Part shown: positions 19,339 through 24,025 of the stretch, piece after piece
Position numbering within the stretch: position 1 is the first letter of the stretch
Layout of the letters: each line of letters opens with the position of its first letter
Source: a virus
Lineage: Duplodnaviria; Caudoviricetes
Strand: one strand, 5' to 3'
Virus record (IMG/VR): IMGVR_UViG_3300047400_000214
Location: 1 to 24,025 of that record
DNA: 24,025 nucleotides
Notes under the pieces: model-generated
What the model was told of the DNA's origin: nothing
What the model saw: the letters and a program-made list of their open reading frames with translations, nothing else
Database searches by the model: none
Program-made: the position numbers and the translations under genes

Positions 19339-19465
19339 GGCAAAAAGTAAATCATTAGGTGAAGCTAGAAAAATAAGCTTTGGTAAAAGAAAAAAAGGAA
19401 GTGCTAAAAAGTCTTACAATAAACACACTCCTAGACCAAAAGCTTATGTTGGACAAGGTAAATAA
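19337..19465 (+). CDS. 42-aa highly basic peptide (below ORF-track cutoff)
   Basis: MAKSKSLGEARKISFGKRKKGSAKKSYNKHTPRPKAYVGQGK; ATG...TAATAA; sits between a promoter-like motif and a terminator. Confidence 0.75.
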   Translation: MAKSKSLGEARKISFGKRKKGSAKKSYNKHTPRPKAYVGQGK

Positions 19466-19498
19466 TAACCCTCTCCGTATATTCTGTTGTTCTAACAG

Positions 19499-19535
19499 AA
19501 AAAATGGGCCCTACATTACATAGGGCCCTATTTTT
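19499..19535. terminator. Bidirectional intrinsic terminator
   Basis: AAAAAAT-GGGCCCTA-N7-TAGGGCCC-TATTTTT between convergent gene blocks. Confidence 0.85.
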
Positions 19536-21051
19536 ATTTACCCACTATATTACCTTTTTCATCTACTTTTCTTATAGAAGAACCATTAAATATAACCACT
19601 TGACCTTTCTTAGAATATTCTTTAATAGTTTCATTATCAAAGTGATTAAATCTAGCTCCTTCTAAACCAATAAAGAAAGCTTTATCAGAATATGTATTAC
19701 AATGATCTTCTGCATCTGTAATTATTAGAGCATTTCTACCTTCTCTTTCTATATTCTGTACAGCAGCATTGATGGTTGTACCACCACCACAGTCCATACT
19801 AGCAATAGATAGAATGTCATTCTTACATTTCTTAACTCTTGTATCAAATGTATACACTTCATTAAGAAGATCCATGCTTTTTAGTTTAGCTGCAAAAGAC
19901 TTACAGAAATCCATTCTACTAATATAACCTCCGTCTGCATTTTTTGCTCCACATGTACTAGACATAGATCCTGATCTATCTATATAGATGTCAATTTTAC
20001 CTATAGCTCTAGTGTCTTTCACTTGTAAATCTTCAGCAAAGATTTTTCTAAGCTTGGGATGAAGTAGTTCATAGTCTTCCAGGCCAGCTATATTGTCTGA
20101 ATTAAACAAGTCTTCATATGTAGTTTCTTTCTTAGAGCTAAAATAACTAACAGACTTATCTAGAAGTTTTTTAATAGTCTCTTTAAGAGATCCCATAGAC
20201 ATACTAATATTCTCTAGTTTAGCTGCAACCTGTCTGATATAATCCGGACTAAGTTTAGCAGCTCCATTAGACTGCCCTGGTTCATTTACATTCTCAAACA
20301 TCTGTTCTTGAATGTCTTGATCCATAGCATCATCCATCTCTTTACATAAATCTTGAGCTTTCTGCATAGCATCTTCAAGCATATTCTTACCTTGTGTACT
20401 ATCTAACATCTTCTTCATACCTTCATCAGCTCCATCTGAATCAAAATCAGAATCTCCATTTAGACCATTCTTAACATTCTGAGAAGCATCTGGATCTACA
20501 AAATCCATAATAGTCATCCGGGCAACAAAATAAGCTAGTATATTTCTAGCAAAGATTGCTGACTTAAGATTAGAATTCTCAGACATAATCTTACCTACAG
20601 GATTATTAGCTTTCTCTAAGAACTTAAACTTGGTGTTGTTAATATCAGTTCTTTCTTCAAAATCAAGATTTTCTATTTTATTATAGAACATCTTGAATAT
20701 ATCTGCAGGCATGTGTTTAGGAAACTTCTTATAGTTTTCTATAAACTTGGTATGGAAGTCATTCATGTTTGGTTTCTTACCTTCTTCAAGTTTCTTAAAG
20801 TCTGTAGTTTTGTTAAACTTATTATAGATATCCTGTACAGTTTTACCATCCATCATATAGGATTGCATAATAGCATCAAGTCTATTCTGATCTAGATAGT
20901 GCAGGTGTGGTTTAATAAGATCAGGCTTTTTATAGAAGTTTAGTTTACCAAACAAGCCTCCATCATTTTCTTTATAATAGGATTTTATTTCTCCCTTTTT
21001 TACTTTCTCAAGAATGGTATATACATTCTTATATTTTCTAGGACTTGCCAT
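19534..21051 (-). CDS. VWA (MIDAS) domain protein, ViaA/CoxE-like partner of MoxR ATPase
   Basis: C-terminal IYIDRSGSM (DxSxS), GGGTTI, LIITDAED; helical N-terminus; directly downstream of a MoxR-type ATPase. Confidence 0.85.
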   Translation of the reverse strand: MASPRKYKNVYTILEKVKKGEIKSYYKENDGGLFGKLNFYKKPDLIKPHLHYLDQNRLDAIMQSYMMDGKTVQDIYNKFNKTTDFKKLEEGKKPNMNDFHTKFIENYKKFPKHMPADIFKMFYNKIENLDFEERTDINNTKFKFLEKANNPVGKIMSENSNLKSAIFARNILAYFVARMTIMDFVDPDASQNVKNGLNGDSDFDSDGADEGMKKMLDSTQGKNMLEDAMQKAQDLCKEMDDAMDQDIQEQMFENVNEPGQSNGAAKLSPDYIRQVAAKLENISMSMGSLKETIKKLLDKSVSYFSSKKETTYEDLFNSDNIAGLEDYELLHPKLRKIFAEDLQVKDTRAIGKIDIYIDRSGSMSSTCGAKNADGGYISRMDFCKSFAAKLKSMDLLNEVYTFDTRVKKCKNDILSIASMDCGGGTTINAAVQNIEREGRNALIITDAEDHCNTYSDKAFFIGLEGARFNHFDNETIKEYSKKGQVVIFNGSSIRKVDEKGNIVGK

Positions 21052-21172
21052 CAATAAGTTTTTTAGCTAAGTTATCAATTTCTATCTGAGCAGCCTTATA
21101 GAGGTCTTCCAATGAAGTTCCAGGAGAAATAAATTCTCCTGGATTCACTGGCTTAAGAAAACCCCTTCTTAA
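21038..21172 (-). other. Open -1 frame (44 codons) with long hairpin bridging ATPase stop and VWA start; frameshift extension or 36-aa GTG-start ORF (21148-21038)
   Basis: LRRGFLKPVNPGEFISPGTSLEDLYKAAQIEIDNLAKKLIDGKS*; perfect 10-bp inverted repeat at 21119-21128/21134-21143 with further outer pairing. Confidence 0.5.
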
Positions 21173-22548
21173 AAAGCTTGAGAAGCATCATTCATTGGTG
21201 CTGCTTCTTCAATCATATTATCAAATTCTTCAGAAGATTGATAGTCTTTACGTGCAGGATGGTTCTCAAGAACTACTTGCATAGACATTTCTATTTCTTC
21301 CACTTGACTTTGGTCCATAACACCTCTAGTGGTATATGCATTAATCAAACTCTCAATCTCTGCCACAGCTAGCTCAAGAGCTTCATTATTACTGTGAGAG
21401 TATAACATATCCACCTTAGACATCACTGCCTTAATCTCTGGACTCATTAGTTTATTCTGTAATTCAGAAGCTGCATTCTGATTAATCATAATCTGTGCAG
21501 TCTTTACAAGAGCCTTATCTATACTAATATCCCAGATATAGCTTACAGCTTTAGTAAGTTTAGGTACAAAAGTTAAAGTTCTGTCTGAGCTCTTTGTATA
21601 ACCCACTTCTAAATACTTATCTAACTTATTACCTACAACTTCTACACTGTTTAGTTCAGCATCATTTGGAATTCCAATTTTAAAGCTCTCTTTATAGTTA
21701 CGAGCACCTTTAGAGTAATACTTACTCATATCACCTGCAGATACACGGTTAACCGTCATCTTCAACATAAATCTATCCCAGAAAGGACTACCTATCTCAT
21801 CCTTAGGAATTTCATTACATGTAGCTACAAATAGCTTCCATTTACAAGGAATCTTGTGCTTACCATTGAAGAGAAACTTCTCATTCATAACACCCAACAT
21901 AGCATTTCTAATAGCTGAACTAGCTTTGTCCACCTCATTGATGATGACAATATCAGCATCTGCTATAGGAGTGTTAAGATCATACTTATTCTCTGTAAAC
22001 AACTTCTCAAGATCTGGCATACCCTTAATCTCTGATGCTTTAGTGCCCTCATCAGTTTCTAGAACATAAATCTTGTTCATGAAGTCAGCTTGTGTCATCT
22101 TACCATCTCTGTTCAACCAAGCTTTTGCATAATCTATAATAGTTTTGGTCTTTGCTACACCTGGCTCACCCACTAGTAATAATGGTAATCCTGTAGCTTC
22201 TGCTAATGCTAGCATCTTAAATACTTCTTCCTTATTAATTAAGGAAGTTTCAATCTGACGTACTTCTTGAGTAGTCTTTTTTGTAATGGTTTTAGTTGAT
22301 TTAGCCATTTTGTTTAAATTAAGGGGTTTTACTTCTGGTTTGTTTGTAACTATATTAAACTGCTGTCCATAAGATGGATGTTTAGGAGACAGTATTTCAT
22401 GTGGTAGAACTATACGAGCACTAGGAATCCATCTATGTATACCAGCTGCTGTTACATTTATGGTATACATGTTACCATCATTACCTTGTTTATATGTGCC
22501 AAATTCATACCATGTAGCACTATCTGTTGGACTTGGTCTTTCTTTCAT
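21169..22548 (-). CDS. RavA/MoxR-family AAA+ ATPase
   Basis: Walker A GEPGVAKT, Walker B-like VIINEVDKA, NAMLGVMNE, sensor ATCNEIP, FWDRF. Start at 22548 (4 nt after the upstream stop) or internal ATG 22308. Confidence 0.88.
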   Translation of the reverse strand: MKERPSPTDSATWYEFGTYKQGNDGNMYTINVTAAGIHRWIPSARIVLPHEILSPKHPSYGQQFNIVTNKPEVKPLNLNKMAKSTKTITKKTTQEVRQIETSLINKEEVFKMLALAEATGLPLLLVGEPGVAKTKTIIDYAKAWLNRDGKMTQADFMNKIYVLETDEGTKASEIKGMPDLEKLFTENKYDLNTPIADADIVIINEVDKASSAIRNAMLGVMNEKFLFNGKHKIPCKWKLFVATCNEIPKDEIGSPFWDRFMLKMTVNRVSAGDMSKYYSKGARNYKESFKIGIPNDAELNSVEVVGNKLDKYLEVGYTKSSDRTLTFVPKLTKAVSYIWDISIDKALVKTAQIMINQNAASELQNKLMSPEIKAVMSKVDMLYSHSNNEALELAVAEIESLINAYTTRGVMDQSQVEEIEMSMQVVLENHPARKDYQSSEEFDNMIEEAAPMNDASQAF

Positions 22549-22552
22549 ATTC

Positions 22553-22921
22553 TTATAGGTTTGCAAAGATGTCTGCTGCTTCGGCTGTAGCATCTGAGGT
22601 ATCAATTCCCACTTCTGATTGGATACTATCCACTGGTACCACTGGTTTCCTATCTTCATTTGTTGTCCTAGAAGTTGTGGATTCTTTGGTGTTGTTAGTT
22701 GTAACATTTTTAGTGTCATCTATAATGTTAAAGATTGTGATATTAGTTTCTGCATCCTTTAAAGAAGGATGTTTTCTAATAGCCATAATCTGAGCAGGGT
22801 TAGCACCATACTTAGTTTCTATACTTCCATAGCCAAGATCATCTTTCTTAAACCATGTATAACCTGAATTCAGGTCATTGATTAATTGACTTACTGTTAA
22901 GTCTACTTTATTTACTGCCAT
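22553..22921 (-). CDS. Hypothetical protein
   Basis: ORF filling the gap between UNG and the ATPase; compact N-terminal domain and Thr/acidic tail; ATG 22921 preferred. Confidence 0.7.
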   Translation of the reverse strand: MAVNKVDLTVSQLINDLNSGYTWFKKDDLGYGSIETKYGANPAQIMAIRKHPSLKDAETNITIFNIIDDTKNVTTNNTKESTTSRTTNEDRKPVVPVDSIQSEVGIDTSDATAEAADIFANL

Positions 22922-22932
22922 ATAAGGGGTTT

Positions 22933-23652
22933 TTACCAATTAATTGAATATCCAGGACCATGTTGTCCTTTAATAATAGTGTTTATTTCATTGAACATAT
23001 CATTACAATCCCAAGTTTCTTTTTTATAAGCTGCTGAGGCTGGATGAGATGTTTTTATAACATAATGATGCTCTCCTATGAATCCTTCTAGCTCTTGAGC
23101 TTGTTTACCCATCAATACAAATATCATTCCTGTATCTGTATAGTTAAGAATATCCATTACATAAGCCATGAAATCCTTCCATATATGGTAATGGGACCCT
23201 ATTTTATCTACTTGACATGTGAGAGCTGAGTTTAGTAGTAACACACCTTGTTTAGCCCATCTAGTAAGATTGGGATCTTGATATGTTGGAAAGTCTTGAT
23301 ACACTGTATGTTCTATAGCATGAAATATATTTTGTAAACTAGGTTGTACTTTGTTTGTATTACTACAACTAAATGCCAGTCCATCTGCCACTCCAAAATA
23401 TGGATAGGGGTCTTGTCCTACAATAATAACCTTTAGTTTATTTACAGGACATTCTTCAAATGCTCTAAACACTTGTTTAAGAGGAGGAGTGAATCTTTTA
23501 CCTGCATCTCTTTCATCTAATAAAGCCTGAAGAGTTTTAGTAAAATCTTGTCCTTTAATAAATCCTCTTAATTTATTAGCCCAACCTGATGGGGTGAGTC
23601 TTTCTATAAGTTTTTCTTTAACTTCTTCTAAGTTAACTGCTTGTTGTATCAT
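22933..23652 (-). CDS. ung: Uracil-DNA glycosylase, family 1
   Basis: VIIVGQDPYP, ADGLAFS, QPSLQNI, WAKQGVLLLNSALT, SHPAS. Confidence 0.95.
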   Translation of the reverse strand: MIQQAVNLEEVKEKLIERLTPSGWANKLRGFIKGQDFTKTLQALLDERDAGKRFTPPLKQVFRAFEECPVNKLKVIIVGQDPYPYFGVADGLAFSCSNTNKVQPSLQNIFHAIEHTVYQDFPTYQDPNLTRWAKQGVLLLNSALTCQVDKIGSHYHIWKDFMAYVMDILNYTDTGMIFVLMGKQAQELEGFIGEHHYVIKTSHPASAAYKKETWDCNDMFNEINTIIKGQHGPGYSINW

Positions 23653-23669
23653 AAAATAGTCTATATTTG
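23641..23669 (+). promoter_or_regulatory. Bacteroidota sigma-A promoter (TTG-N18-TATATTTG)
   Basis: TTG at 23641-23643 and TAnnTTTG at 23662-23669, 16 nt upstream of ATG 23686. Confidence 0.6.
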
Positions 23670-23685
23670 TAAAAAAATAATTATT

Positions 23686-24018
23686 ATGGAAACAGTAAAA
23701 GTAACAATGATTAAAAAAGATGCAGTAATAGATATTAAAGTTGGTGCAGGCTTTATGGGAAGACTACAACAAACTCTTTCATTTATTATTAAACCTTTGA
23801 CAAAAGAAGATATAGAAAAATACACTGAAGAATTAAAAAATATAACTTCAGATAATGCTGAATTTAGTGAACCTTGGATGACAGCATTAAGCTGTGTAAG
23901 TCTTCTTTTAAAAAATTTAGAAGAAGCAGCTAAACAACAAGGGCACACTTATGAAAAAGAATTATCTGAAGATTCTAATAAGCCTGATCAGCTTGATGAT
24001 CTTCTTAATGAAGAATAA
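23686..24018 (+). CDS. Hypothetical acidic protein
   Basis: ATG at 23686 after an A-rich leader and promoter; 110 aa; divergent from ung. Confidence 0.7.
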   Translation: METVKVTMIKKDAVIDIKVGAGFMGRLQQTLSFIIKPLTKEDIEKYTEELKNITSDNAEFSEPWMTALSCVSLLLKNLEEAAKQQGHTYEKELSEDSNKPDQLDDLLNEE

Positions 24019-24025
24019 AACCAAC

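Noticed and set aside
21145-21171. Stop-codon readthrough or +1 shift at the ATPase end
   Set aside because: Frame 0 reaches TGA after 7 codons and the +1 frame reaches TAA after about 5; only the -1 frame is open.
22549-22719. N-terminal 57 aa of the 516-aa ORF call
   Set aside because: Overlaps the upstream gene in another frame; ATG 22548, just after that gene's stop, is more plausible.
20713-23948. ORFs 20713-20895, 21178-21372, 21854-22069, 22527-22793 (+) and 23661-23948 (-)
   Set aside because: Antisense shadows of the VWA, ATPase and neighbouring genes.
1-24025. Stop-codon reassignment, CRISPR array, tRNA/rRNA, integrase or IS
   Set aside because: Genes are intact in the standard code with TAA, TGA and TAG all used as stops; intergenic gaps are short and show no repeat-spacer or cloverleaf pattern; no recombinase or transposase motifs.

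Overview
AT-rich (roughly 30% GC by eye) segment of a tailed dsDNA phage, probably infecting a Bacteroidota host (TAnnTTTG promoter elements, A-rich starts without Shine-Dalgarno). The standard genetic code is used. There are three blocks. (1) A leftward replication/recombination operon, 5588 to <1: DnaA-domain-IV-like protein, hypotheticals, DnaB-family helicase, Sak4-like ATPase, SSB-like protein, primase and HNH nuclease. (2) A rightward late block, 5708-19465: a lysis cassette with several membrane proteins, a spanin-like protein, DUF1003 and a GH19 endolysin, then fibre/structural genes, a 2370-aa three-unit repeat protein and a 42-aa basic peptide. (3) A leftward block, 23652 to 19534: uracil-DNA glycosylase, a hypothetical, a RavA/MoxR-like AAA+ ATPase and its VWA partner. 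It meets block 2 at a bidirectional terminator. The strongest leads are a candidate -1 frameshift or structured RNA at the ATPase-VWA junction, an extra in-frame N-terminal module on that ATPase, a repeated phage-specific promoter-like motif, and strong CpG depletion. All product calls come from motif recognition by eye, not database searches.
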